From Candidatus Latescibacterota bacterium (lineage in GTDB: Bacteria; Latescibacterota; UBA2968; GCA-2709665): a stretch of DNA of 64,000 nucleotides. This document shows, piece by piece, positions 49,634 to 59,419 of this stretch. The position numbers were made by a program, and so were the translations under genes. The DNA lies in assembly GCA_965248435.1 (NCBI GenBank), contig OZ252100.1:3776001-3840000 (forward strand). Reading direction: 5' to 3'. A model generated the notes under the pieces. That model worked only from the letters and a program-made list of their open reading frames with translations. It was not told the origin of the DNA and searched no databases. The stretch's first letter is position 1, and the number at the start of each line of letters is the position of its first letter.

Positions 49634-50716
49634 CTAAGCGGTCTGCCGAAGGTGCACGGGCAAACCTGTCTGACTGGATTCTAAGATCGATTCAGCGACT
49701 TCTATCGCCGCGAGGCCATCCAAAGCGGTGCAGATCGGCTGCGTGCCATTTCGTATGCAATCGAAGAAGTGGCTATGCTCCGAAGAAAACGCCTCAGAGT
49801 TGAACCCCCAATCCTCTTCCCATTCCCACTGCTGGACCGGAGTGAAGTCCGGATTTGTGTTCTCGTAAAGGGATAGCAGGCGACGCCCTTCCGGATCGGG
49901 GAAATGGAGGGATCCTTTCGGACCGATCACATCCAACGTGGGGCGGACGTGCCGACCGATGCGCCCGGGCTTCCAACCCATACCCGGTGCAGCCCAGGAC
50001 TCCGACCAGACGGCCTGATCACCTGAGGCAAAGTCCAGGATGGCAATGAGCGTATCGTCTGCGGTCGTGGGATCCGGCTTGAGGTGCCGCATCGACGCGT
50101 AGACTTTCTGCACCGGGCCAAACACTGAGTTGACGAAGTCGAGCCAGTGCGTGTGCTCATACAACACACCTCCACCTTGTTCCGCGTCGTGTATGGCCGG
50201 ACTGGGCGAGCCTTTGCAGAGCGCCCAGACATCGCGGAAAAAGACGGGACGACCCACCCGCCCGCTCTGGATCTGATCCCGCAGGTTCAGGGCATCCGGG
50301 GAAAAGCGCATCGTATAACCCAGCAGGAAGGCAGATCCACTTGCTTCGGCGGCCTCGTGGATGGCGCGGCATTCATCGGTGCTCTTTGCCAGGGGTTTCT
50401 CGCAGAAGACGTGCTTCCCGGCCTGCAGCGCCGAAATCGATACCTCGGCGTGCCGGTATGCGGGCGTGAGGACCCAGATCGCCTCGATTTCGGCATCCGA
50501 TACAAGCTCTCGATAGTCAAGGGTCCATCGCCGGATGTCGAACTCAGCTGCGCGCCTTCTGGCGCGCTCCTCCACGAGGTCTGCCACCCCGACCACCTCA
50601 AACCGATCTGAGGGGGTCAGCAAGTTCAGATGGCGCGCTGAAATGTTGCCGCAGCCGACAACCCCCGTCTTGACGGGATTCATCGCGGTCTCCGGGTCAG
50701 GAAGCCTCGTCACCAT
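49634..50716 (-). CDS. Gfo/Idh/MocA oxidoreductase
   Basis: GVVGCGNIS, AGKHVFCEKP. Confidence 0.9.
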   Translation of the reverse strand: MVTRLPDPETAMNPVKTGVVGCGNISARHLNLLTPSDRFEVVGVADLVEERARRRAAEFDIRRWTLDYRELVSDAEIEAIWVLTPAYRHAEVSISALQAGKHVFCEKPLAKSTDECRAIHEAAEASGSAFLLGYTMRFSPDALNLRDQIQSGRVGRPVFFRDVWALCKGSPSPAIHDAEQGGGVLYEHTHWLDFVNSVFGPVQKVYASMRHLKPDPTTADDTLIAILDFASGDQAVWSESWAAPGMGWKPGRIGRHVRPTLDVIGPKGSLHFPDPEGRRLLSLYENTNPDFTPVQQWEWEEDWGFNSEAFSSEHSHFFDCIRNGTQPICTALDGLAAIEVAESILESSQTGLPVHLRQTA

Positions 50717-50838
50717 TTGATGCTTTCCCCTTCAAAATCATCTGGTTAGCGTTGGCGACGGGTAATATCACTTCATCGGGTAAGGCGATCAAGAAAAATC
50801 GGAGACGCGCGGTCGGCCAGAGATTATGTTGTAGGGCA

Positions 50839-50893
50839 GCCCTCACCCTGCCTCGCCTCGCTCGGCATCCCTCTCCCATAAATGGGAGAGGGA
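50839..50893. repeat. CCCTCACCCTG hairpin element without nested insert
   Basis: ccctcaccctgcctcgcctcgctcggcatccctctcccataaatgggagaggg. Confidence 0.8.
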
Positions 50894-50915
50894 GATACTC
50901 AAGAGAGGATGGATT

Positions 50916-52385
50916 ATGCCGCGCAGACCGAACATTCTGTTTCTGTTGTCAGACCAGCATAGCCCCCACATCGCTGGATTCGCCGGTGACCGGATTGTGG
51001 ACACCTCGGCCCTGGACCGCGTTGCGGAGGAAGGAGTCCGGTTCGACACGGCCTATTGCCAGGCGCCGCTCTGCGGCCCGAGTCGGATGAGCCTGCTCAC
51101 GGGGCAGTGGTCGCCGCTGCGGTGGACGGGATGGGCACACGGGCCCTCACTCACTCCTGAGGTCGAGACGATTCCGGGCTGGCTTGCCAAACAGGGCTAC
51201 GCGACCGCCTCGGTCGGAAAGATGCATTTCGATGACGCGGATCAGTTGCACGGGTTTCAGTATCGTCCGTACGGCGATCTCGTGAAATCGCGGGCCGCGA
51301 CGCATCAGCCCGATCCTCCGGACACGGCAGACGGACGGTGGAACCGCCACTCTCTGGGACGCTTTCCGTTCGCGGGTCCAACGGCCATCCCAGAGAGCTT
51401 GCTCATGGAGAGCGTGACGACGATCGAGTCTCTCGCGTGGCTGTTGGAGTTTGCGGATACAAATCCGGATACCCCCTGGTTTTTCTGCGCTTCCTATTCC
51501 CGCCCGCATTTTCCGCTCACCGCGCCGGGGCGATACATTCGGAAGTATATGGACAGCGACCTGAAGACTCCATCCCTTCCGCCGGGATACCCGGATGATC
51601 TACATCCTCACGATCGGTTTATCGTAGACGACTTCAACCTGTTGAGTTTCTCGGATGAGGAACACCGGTTGGCGGTGGCGGGCTACTACGCCTGCGTGGA
51701 CTATGTGGATGATTGTATGGGCGGTCTGCTGGAAGGCCTCCGTCGAGCTGGATGCTTGGACAATACCTACATCGTCTATACGTCCGACCACGGGGATATG
51801 GCGGGTGAACACGGGCTCTGGTGGAAGCGCACCTACTACGACGCCTCTGCGGGTGTACCGCTGTTGATATCGGGGCCTGGGATTGAAGGGAAACAGGCGG
51901 TGTCCACGCCTGTCGAGCTCGTGGACCTGTTCCCGACCTTCTGCGATTGGGCTGAGGTCGATGCGCCATCAGGCCTGGATGGAGAGAGCCTCGTGTCTCT
52001 CCTCAACGGAAGTCAGGATCGGCGCGAGAAGCGGATCGCCCGATCGGAGCTGATCGCGGATAAGCCAGGCACCGAGTTTCGTATGGTGCGGGACGAGCGA
52101 TGGAAGTACGTGGACTTCCCCGCAGCGCCCCCACGGCTCTACGATATGAAGGCCGATCCTGGCGAGACAAACGACCTGGGGTCTGATCCACCGGGCGATG
52201 CGCCTGTGGATCAGCTTCAAGCCATGCTCGACGAGGAAGGATCCTGGGACGATGTTTTGAAGCGGATCGATGAAGAGCGCGCCCAGCTGAAACGGCACCC
52301 TGTAGAGAGTCAGGGGACGGTTCAGTACCGGCTGTCGGATGGAAGGATAATTGAAGCGGATGAGGCTTTGTACAAAACCGGATAG
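50916..52385 (+). CDS. Sulfatase (S1, Cys-type; choline-sulfatase-like)
   Basis: PNILFLLSDQH, CGPSR, GKMH, SDHG, WWK. Confidence 0.92.
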   Translation: MPRRPNILFLLSDQHSPHIAGFAGDRIVDTSALDRVAEEGVRFDTAYCQAPLCGPSRMSLLTGQWSPLRWTGWAHGPSLTPEVETIPGWLAKQGYATASVGKMHFDDADQLHGFQYRPYGDLVKSRAATHQPDPPDTADGRWNRHSLGRFPFAGPTAIPESLLMESVTTIESLAWLLEFADTNPDTPWFFCASYSRPHFPLTAPGRYIRKYMDSDLKTPSLPPGYPDDLHPHDRFIVDDFNLLSFSDEEHRLAVAGYYACVDYVDDCMGGLLEGLRRAGCLDNTYIVYTSDHGDMAGEHGLWWKRTYYDASAGVPLLISGPGIEGKQAVSTPVELVDLFPTFCDWAEVDAPSGLDGESLVSLLNGSQDRREKRIARSELIADKPGTEFRMVRDERWKYVDFPAAPPRLYDMKADPGETNDLGSDPPGDAPVDQLQAMLDEEGSWDDVLKRIDEERAQLKRHPVESQGTVQYRLSDGRIIEADEALYKTG

Positions 52386-52389
52386 GAAT

Positions 52390-52540
52390 GGGTACCGGGG
52401 AGGCAAAACACGGGTACCGGGTACCGTGAAACCCGTCGTTCGTCGATCGTCGTTCGTTGATCGTGTAGAGACGCCCCGTCGGGGCGTCTCTGCGATGATG
52501 GCGGATTGTTACTGGATTGCGGATTTGGGATTTCGGAATA
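52390..52540 (+). repeat. Family A + TCGT heptamers + GTAG REP + ATTGCGG heptamers
   Basis: gggtaccggggaggcaaaacacgggtaccgggtaccg; gtagagacgccccgtcggggcgtctc (52465); attgcggatttgggatttcgg. Confidence 0.85.
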
Positions 52541-52549
52541 AATCGACAG

Positions 52550-53377
52550 TCAGCTAGCGACTGCCTGATCGCGGAAGCGTTTGAAGAAGGCGACATCCCG
52601 TTTCATCGCAGGCATAAACTCATTATCCGGAACCTTGAACTCGCTGTGAATGGCAAGCGGACCGTCAAACTCGATTCGAGCGAGTTCCGAGAAGACGGCG
52701 GTCCAGTCGACCATTCCTATTCCTGCCTCGACCCAGGCCTTCGAAATCTCGCCGTGTCCATCCTTCTCGGTCCGGGTCAACAGCACGTCTTTCAGACCGA
52801 TGATGCTGAGGTGGCTCTTGACGATCGCGGCTCCGACGGCGAATTCCTCTCCCTCGACGACCAGATGGCCCGCGTCGAGGTAGGCGCCGATGAGACGCGG
52901 ATCGAATCCCTGAATGAGATGCGCCATCATGCCGGCGTTGAGCCCCATGCAGCGGCGACTGTGGTTGTGATAGCAGATCTTGACGTTGTATTTTTCGGCG
53001 AGCGCTGCCCAGCCCTCGAGCGCATCTCTGACCCGGTCCACTTCCTGCCAGTAGTCCTGTTCGGCGGGATCGAACTTGAAATAACCCGGCTTGATCAGCC
53101 TGACGTCAGCGGCATCCATCGCCGATAGCATCGGTTCCGCCGCCGGGTGATCCGGCAGCACCAGGTCGGTCGGTGTGGTGACGAGGGGTACGGAGAGGCC
53201 CTCCTTTCGGAACGTGCTCACGGCTTCGACCAGCTCGGTGGCCGCATTGTCCGGATGGACAGGATGGCCCGGTCTCACGGCCAGGTCGTAGCCATCCAGG
53301 CCGAGTTCGTGCGCCAGAGTGATCAGTTCCTTGACATTCTTGTCCTGTAACATCTTGGAAAACAGGATCAGTTTCAT
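52550..53377 (-). CDS. Sugar phosphate isomerase/epimerase (xylose isomerase-like TIM barrel)
   Basis: GLDGYDLAVRPG, YHNH, YLDAGH, GLKD, AIHSE. Confidence 0.85.
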   Translation of the reverse strand: MKLILFSKMLQDKNVKELITLAHELGLDGYDLAVRPGHPVHPDNAATELVEAVSTFRKEGLSVPLVTTPTDLVLPDHPAAEPMLSAMDAADVRLIKPGYFKFDPAEQDYWQEVDRVRDALEGWAALAEKYNVKICYHNHSRRCMGLNAGMMAHLIQGFDPRLIGAYLDAGHLVVEGEEFAVGAAIVKSHLSIIGLKDVLLTRTEKDGHGEISKAWVEAGIGMVDWTAVFSELARIEFDGPLAIHSEFKVPDNEFMPAMKRDVAFFKRFRDQAVAS

Positions 53378-53515
53378 GGATTCTTTCTCCTGAGAAGGAA
53401 ATCCGGTTTGAGTGACGTCGTGTATTCTAACTTGGTGGCATGAAGATCGCAAGTCTTATCCGCAGTTCCGGACCATCCATAACCGGGGGTCCTTGAGCCA
53501 AGAGAGGAGTGATGA

Positions 53516-54466
53516 ATGTTGAAAGTCGCGTTTATCGGAGCGGGACGCCGGGCGAAGTCGGCGCACTACCCGAACGTCAGTCGATTGGAAGACGTCCAAA
53601 TCGAGGCCGTCGCGGAGCTGGACGAGGACCTGATGAGCCAGGTCGTGGAGCAGTACCACATTCCGCAATCATTTTCGGATTACCACGAGATGCTTGACCG
53701 CGTAGACCCGGACATCGTGTATGTCATCATGAAGGACATCTTCATGACGAAACCTGCGCTTGACTGCCTGAACGCGGGAAAGCACGTGTTTATCGAGAAG
53801 CCGCCGGGTGCGAATTACGAGGAGGCGCAGCAGCTTAGAGATGCGGCGGTCGCCAACAATGTCACGTGTTCGGTCGGTCACCAGCGACGATTCGCTGCAG
53901 TGACCCTGGAGGCCATGCGGCGCGTGAGGGCCGGCAGTGAACCGACGCTCGCGATCGGGGAGTTTCACAAGAATCTGTTGAATGGCCCCATCCCGGATAC
54001 GAGCACGATGTGGGACGATGTGGGTCACATCGTGGACCTTGTCCGCTACATGGTCAAGAGTGACGCTGTTGAAGTAACCGCTTATCGGGACAACCATAAA
54101 ACGGAATGGAAAAACTGCTACAACGCCCTCGTCCGTTTTGACAACAAAGCGGTCGGCATCATTACGGCCAACCGATCTTCGGGGGGGCGCGTCCTCAGCG
54201 CCGAGCTACACGGCGTCGGCGTGGGGTGCTACCTGCAGATCCCGGAGCAGATCCAGATTCTCGAAGAAGGGGAGGAGCCGAAGGTCCTGTCCGGGGCGGA
54301 AGCGGCCGGTCTTGACCCTGGCGCGCACCGATCCGAATATGAAGGTACGTTGACGATGCACAGACATGTCGTGGACTGCATCCAGAAGGGGGAGATTCCC
54401 ATCAATGATATCCGAGATGTGATTCACACCTACGCCCTGGTCGCCCAGATCGAGGGCGACCGGTAA
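53516..54466 (+). CDS. Gfo/Idh/MocA oxidoreductase
   Basis: FIGAG, GKHVFIEKP, D..GH. Confidence 0.9.
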   Translation: MLKVAFIGAGRRAKSAHYPNVSRLEDVQIEAVAELDEDLMSQVVEQYHIPQSFSDYHEMLDRVDPDIVYVIMKDIFMTKPALDCLNAGKHVFIEKPPGANYEEAQQLRDAAVANNVTCSVGHQRRFAAVTLEAMRRVRAGSEPTLAIGEFHKNLLNGPIPDTSTMWDDVGHIVDLVRYMVKSDAVEVTAYRDNHKTEWKNCYNALVRFDNKAVGIITANRSSGGRVLSAELHGVGVGCYLQIPEQIQILEEGEEPKVLSGAEAAGLDPGAHRSEYEGTLTMHRHVVDCIQKGEIPINDIRDVIHTYALVAQIEGDR

Positions 54467-54498
54467 CCTGACAGGCCGTATTCGAAAGGAGTAATCAG

Positions 54499-55548
54499 GT
54501 GGCGAAACGAATGAACATTGCGATCATCGGATGCGGAGGGATCAGCAATTCGCACATGCCCAACATCCTGAACACGCCGGAGATGCACCTTGTTGCTACT
54601 ATGGATCCGATAGAGGAGGCGGAACGGAATGGGCGGCGCTACGGAGCGAAGGTGCGCGCTGAGGAGGGAAACGCGGAGTACTACACGGACGACCTGGACC
54701 GTGTGCTTTCCGACGGGGATATCGACGCGGTGCTGATCTGTTCGACGCACACGACCCACGCCGAGATCTGTGTGAAGGCCTGTGCCGCGGGCAAACACAT
54801 CTTTTCCGAGAAACCGCTGGCGATGTCGATGGAGGATGCCCGAGCCGTCCAGAAGGCGGTCCACGAGTCGGGCGTACAGCTGATGAGCGGGTGGTGGTTC
54901 AAGCATTCACCGGTGACGAAACGGCTTCGGGAGGTCATTCGCAAACCTTACGAGGTCATGTTCACCTGCCGCGTGGCCAGCCCAAGATACGAAAAGCCGG
55001 ATGACCCCGCAGGCACTCACGGAGTTGAAGGCCTTCTTGACAACGCCGGATACAACCTCTACTGGATCTGGCATGTGATGCGTTCTCAGCCTGTAGAGGT
55101 GTTCGCGATGGGCTACGAAGGAAAGCCCACGAACACGAGTACGATCTGTATCCGCTTCGAGAACGGGGGCCTGGGCACGTCCGTCTACAGCACGGTGGGC
55201 GCTGGCGGGATCCTTCCGAAGCATTATGCTGAAGTCCGTGCCGGGACGATGAGCGCGGCCACGCTTCGGTTCGGGAATCTGGTGTTCGAGGGAACGGACG
55301 AGCCGGGTATCGAGGAGAATGCGTACCATAACGGATTTGATGAGGAGATGGGGATGTTTGCGCGGCTCTGCCTGGAAGGCGGTCCGAGTCCGATGGACGC
55401 TTGGGAGGCCTGTATCCCGACGCTGATTTTCGAAAAGGCGGTCGAGTCGATGCGCACACGTAAGGCGGTGTCTGTAGACGTAGAAAAGGAATTCTACCTG
55501 CCCGACGGCAAGCTGCCGGCCAGCATCGAGCGGTTTGGCGACGTGTAA
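54499..55548 (+). CDS. Gfo/Idh/MocA oxidoreductase
   Basis: IIGCGGI, AGKHIFSEKP. Confidence 0.9.
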   Translation: MAKRMNIAIIGCGGISNSHMPNILNTPEMHLVATMDPIEEAERNGRRYGAKVRAEEGNAEYYTDDLDRVLSDGDIDAVLICSTHTTHAEICVKACAAGKHIFSEKPLAMSMEDARAVQKAVHESGVQLMSGWWFKHSPVTKRLREVIRKPYEVMFTCRVASPRYEKPDDPAGTHGVEGLLDNAGYNLYWIWHVMRSQPVEVFAMGYEGKPTNTSTICIRFENGGLGTSVYSTVGAGGILPKHYAEVRAGTMSAATLRFGNLVFEGTDEPGIEENAYHNGFDEEMGMFARLCLEGGPSPMDAWEACIPTLIFEKAVESMRTRKAVSVDVEKEFYLPDGKLPASIERFGDV

Positions 55549-55557
55549 CGCCAAGAA

Positions 55558-55692
55558 CCGGGTACCGGGATAGGTAGATAGGTTACAGAGACCTGACGGT
55601 TTGGGGGCGACGCCTGCGTCGCCCCGAGAAATCAAAACACGGGTACCGGGTACCGTAAAGCCGTCGATCGTTTTTCGTGGATCGTCGTTCGC
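55558..55692 (+). repeat. Extended family A repeat with nested GGGGCGACGC..GCGTCGCCCC REP hairpin
   Basis: Nearly identical to 56845-56977, similar to 60341-60437. Confidence 0.9.
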
Positions 55693-55788
55693 AAGACAAG
55701 CCTCACTGCAGAGGTGCAGGGGAAACCAGTTGATCGTGGACCAAAAGCGCCGGACTAAGTCGGCTGTGAATCTTGACAGGGGAATAAG

Positions 55789-56832
55789 ATGGCCAAACGG
55801 CTGAATATCGCGATGATCGGGTGCGGTGGGATCAGCGGTTCCCATATGCCCAACATTTTGAACACGCCTGAGATGAATCTCGTGGCGACGATGGACCCGG
55901 TGGAGGAGGGGGTGCGCCCGAACGGGAGAAAGATCGGGGCGAAGGTGCGGGCGGAGGAGGGGAACGCAGACTACCACACGGACGATCTGGACCGCGTGCT
56001 TTCCGACCCTGACGTGGACGCGGTGCTGGTCTTCTCGACACACGATACACACGCGGAGCTCGTCGAGAAGGCCTGTGCTGCGGGTAAGCACATCTTTTGC
56101 GAGAAGCCGCTGGCGATGACGCTGGATGAGGCGCGGGCGATCCAGAAGGCGGTCCACGAGTCGGGCGTCCTGCTGATGGGCGGCTGGTGGTTCAAGCATT
56201 CGCCTATCACCAGGCGGCTCCGAGAGGTGATCCACCAACCCTACCACATCTTCTTTACCTGCCGGGTCAAATACGAGAAACCGGATGATCCCGAGGGGCC
56301 ATACGGTCGCGACGGGATCCTGGACTGCGCGGGCTACAACCTCCACTGGATCTGGCAGGTGATGCGGTCTCAGCCGGTGGAGGTTTTTGCGATGGGGTGC
56401 AACGGGCAACCGACAAACACGAGCACGATCGTCATCCGGTTCGAGAACGGAAGCCTGGGTACCTCCGTCTACAGCACTCTGGGCGGCGGAGGGATCCTTC
56501 CGAAGCATTATGCCGAGGTCCACGCGGGGACGGTGAGTGCTGCCACGCTTCGATTCGGCAACCTCGTGTTTGAAGGTACGGACGCACCGGGTATCGAAGG
56601 GAATACCTACCACAACGGATTCGATGAGGAGATGGGGATGTTCGCACGGGCCTGCCTGGAAGGGAGTCCGAGTCCGATGGATGCCTGGGAGGCCTGCATC
56701 CCGACGCTGATCTTCGAAAAGGCGATCGAGTCGATGCGCACTGGGCGGCCGGTCGCTGTGGACATAGAAAAGGAATTCTACCTTCCTGACGGCAAACTGC
56801 CGGTCAGCATCGAGCGGTTTGGCGATGCATAA
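55789..56832 (+). CDS. Gfo/Idh/MocA oxidoreductase, tandem paralogue of 54499
   Basis: High identity with the previous gene. Confidence 0.9.
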   Translation: MAKRLNIAMIGCGGISGSHMPNILNTPEMNLVATMDPVEEGVRPNGRKIGAKVRAEEGNADYHTDDLDRVLSDPDVDAVLVFSTHDTHAELVEKACAAGKHIFCEKPLAMTLDEARAIQKAVHESGVLLMGGWWFKHSPITRRLREVIHQPYHIFFTCRVKYEKPDDPEGPYGRDGILDCAGYNLHWIWQVMRSQPVEVFAMGCNGQPTNTSTIVIRFENGSLGTSVYSTLGGGGILPKHYAEVHAGTVSAATLRFGNLVFEGTDAPGIEGNTYHNGFDEEMGMFARACLEGSPSPMDAWEACIPTLIFEKAIESMRTGRPVAVDIEKEFYLPDGKLPVSIERFGDA

Positions 56833-56844
56833 CATCATCAAGAT

Positions 56845-56977
56845 CGGGTACCGGGATAGGTAGATAGGTTACAGAGACCTGACGGTTTGGGGGCGACGCC
56901 TGCGTCGCCCCGAGAAATCAAAACACGGGTACCGGGTACCGTAAAGCTATCGATCGTTTTTCGTGGATCGTCGTTCG
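56845..56977 (+). repeat. Extended family A repeat
   Basis: cgggtaccgggataggtagataggttacagag...aaatcaaaacacgggtaccgggtaccg. Confidence 0.9.
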
Positions 56978-57062
56978 AAAAGCAAACCGCACCGCGGAGA
57001 CGGGGAGGGCGCGGAGGAAAGACCGGGTACCGCTAAGGAACGTATTCCGTGAATTATTGGCG

Positions 57063-58511
57063 ATGGACTCTGCCGTGAACATTATCGCGATCATCTCAGA
57101 CTCGTTCCGATACGACAACCTCTTCGATCGGGCACCCCTGCCGGTGCGGACGCCGGAACTTGATCGCTTTTCCGAACGTTCGGTGAGTCTTTCGCGCTTC
57201 TACGCCGCCAGTTTTCCCACGATTCCGTTCCGCACGGACTGGACGACGGGGCGCACGACCTGGCCGTGGCATCCCTGGCAGGAGCGGCGGAAGAGCAGCC
57301 AGAACCACGCCCCCGAGCTGCTTGATGAGGCCGGGTACGTCACGCAGCTGCTCTGTGACACGCCGCACCTGTTTCCCGCCGGCATGGACCAAGGTTTTCA
57401 CGGCGCGTACGAGCTACGCGGACAGGAGGGAGACACGTTCTTCCTCAGGATGAACCGCCCGATCGAACAGGTGATGCCTCCCGAAAAGACGCGACAGACT
57501 TTCCACTTCCAGGGGCGCACCCTCGTGGATCTCCACCGGTGGACGAATCGCGCCTGGACCCGTGAGGAGGACCGCTTCGCTCCGCGCACGGCGGGCCTGG
57601 CCATAGAATGGCTGGAAGAGAACTACCAACATAAGCCATTTTTTCTGTGGGTCGACTTCTTCGATCCCCACGAGCCTTGGGACCCTCCCGAGTACATGGT
57701 CAGACGTTACGACCCTGACTACGAAGGCACGCCGATGCTTCATCCCAACTACGGCAGGGCCAGCGATCTGACTCCCGGGGAGCTGAAGAACCTGCACGCA
57801 CACTACTGTGCCGAAGCGGAACTGACCGATCGCTGGATTGGACGAATCCTTCGGAAGATCGACGACCTGAATTTGTGGGAAAACTCGATCGTCCTCTTCA
57901 TGTCCGACCACGGGAAGAGCCTGGGTGAGCACGACAGGACGGGCAAGTCGAACCGGAACCTGGCCGACGACCGCCTCTGGCCTGTCTATCCGGAACTGGC
58001 CCACATTCCCTTGATGGTCGCTGCCCCGGGATTGGAGGGCGGGCGGACGGTGGACGCGCTTCTGCAACCTCCCGACGTCCTGCCCACGCTGCTGGACCTG
58101 GCCGGGGCCGACGTCACACCCCCGGAGCCGTTCCACGGGCAATCCTTTGCCCCGCTCCTGCGGGGCGAATCCCAGGCCCCGCCGCACGACTGCGCCATCT
58201 CGGCGTCGTTCTTGCGTCAGACCGAGGGCACCATCCCCCTCAGTCGCAACACGCCTGTCCTCTACACAGAGGGTTGGGCGTATGCCCCGATTGGCTCCGA
58301 GGGCGATCGCGAGCTGTTCGATCTAAAAGAGGATCCGTACGGGGAGACGAACGTGGCTTCAGAACACGCCAGCGTGGTCAGAGAACTGCACGACCGGTTG
58401 ATCGGCCGGCTGCAGGAAATGGATGCGCCCGAAGAGGCAATCGCGGTCTTTAAAGGAAAGGTGACAGCTCGAAAAGAGAAGGGACGGACCGTGGAGTCTA
58501 TCCCCAGGTAG
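57063..58511 (+). CDS. Sulfatase-like alkaline phosphatase superfamily hydrolase, Thr at the nucleophile position
   Basis: IISDSFR, SFPTIPFR, FFDPHEPW, MSDHG. Confidence 0.85.
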   Translation: MDSAVNIIAIISDSFRYDNLFDRAPLPVRTPELDRFSERSVSLSRFYAASFPTIPFRTDWTTGRTTWPWHPWQERRKSSQNHAPELLDEAGYVTQLLCDTPHLFPAGMDQGFHGAYELRGQEGDTFFLRMNRPIEQVMPPEKTRQTFHFQGRTLVDLHRWTNRAWTREEDRFAPRTAGLAIEWLEENYQHKPFFLWVDFFDPHEPWDPPEYMVRRYDPDYEGTPMLHPNYGRASDLTPGELKNLHAHYCAEAELTDRWIGRILRKIDDLNLWENSIVLFMSDHGKSLGEHDRTGKSNRNLADDRLWPVYPELAHIPLMVAAPGLEGGRTVDALLQPPDVLPTLLDLAGADVTPPEPFHGQSFAPLLRGESQAPPHDCAISASFLRQTEGTIPLSRNTPVLYTEGWAYAPIGSEGDRELFDLKEDPYGETNVASEHASVVRELHDRLIGRLQEMDAPEEAIAVFKGKVTARKEKGRTVESIPR

Positions 58512-58602
58512 GGATTCCGAGAATCGGAAGAGGAAGCAGCCAGGACAGTCCCGGGAAAGTTTGAGAAATCTTTCAGGGATTCCCTCTAAATGGAGGGTTG
58601 CC

Positions 58603-59385
58603 ATGACCCCGGATGAGCGCTTGCATTTCGAAACGTTCGGGTTTCTGTTCTATCGTCAGCTGTTCACATCGGACGAAACGGAGAAGATCACGAAGGCCGC
58701 GGAAGAGGTCTGGACCGAAGCACTGGGTCGACCGCCTGCGGGAGACGAAAAGATGAACGTCTGGCCCTTCGTCGAGCGGCACGAAACCCTGCTGCGTATC
58801 ATCGACGACGATCGTATCCACGGCCCGTTGACCGACCTTCTGGGCGAGGACATGATCTGGTCCCTGTCGGAGGGAAACCGCGGATTCGACCCGGAAAGAC
58901 CGGCACATCACTGGCACGCGGACCGGGCCGGAAAACAGGAACTGGATTACACGCGCATCAAGATCATGCTCTACCTGGATCCCACGGCGAAAGATCGGGG
59001 GGCCATGCGCGTGATTCCAGGCTCGCATCGCCTTCCGCTGCACGAAGCGCTGCAACCGTTTCAGAAGAGTCACGTCGAGGATGCGCCCACGTTCTTCGGT
59101 ATGGACGGGGCGGACGTGCCCTCTCACGCTGTCGAAAGCCAGCCGGGTGACGTGCTCATCTTCGATCAGACCCTGTTCCACGGCGTCTACGGGAAGACCG
59201 GACGCCGCCGTTATATCGCTTTGAAGTATGCGGCACGGCCGAAGTGTAAAGCCCATCTGGCCTCCTTGAAGAACTGGTCCGAATACACGTTTCACCCGCA
59301 TCAGGCGCTTCTGGACTGCGATCGCCCGCGTGTCCAGGAGATGGTCAGAGGGCTATCCGCCTTAGGACAGGAAGCAGGAGCATGA
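58603..59385 (+). CDS. Phytanoyl-CoA dioxygenase (PhyH) family protein
   Basis: FETFGFL, HWHAD, RVIPGSH, PGDVLIF..LFHG. Confidence 0.88.
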   Translation: MTPDERLHFETFGFLFYRQLFTSDETEKITKAAEEVWTEALGRPPAGDEKMNVWPFVERHETLLRIIDDDRIHGPLTDLLGEDMIWSLSEGNRGFDPERPAHHWHADRAGKQELDYTRIKIMLYLDPTAKDRGAMRVIPGSHRLPLHEALQPFQKSHVEDAPTFFGMDGADVPSHAVESQPGDVLIFDQTLFHGVYGKTGRRRYIALKYAARPKCKAHLASLKNWSEYTFHPHQALLDCDRPRVQEMVRGLSALGQEAGA

Positions 59386-59419
59386 AATGAAGGGCCGGAA
59401 ATGAAGGAGGATCACAGAG

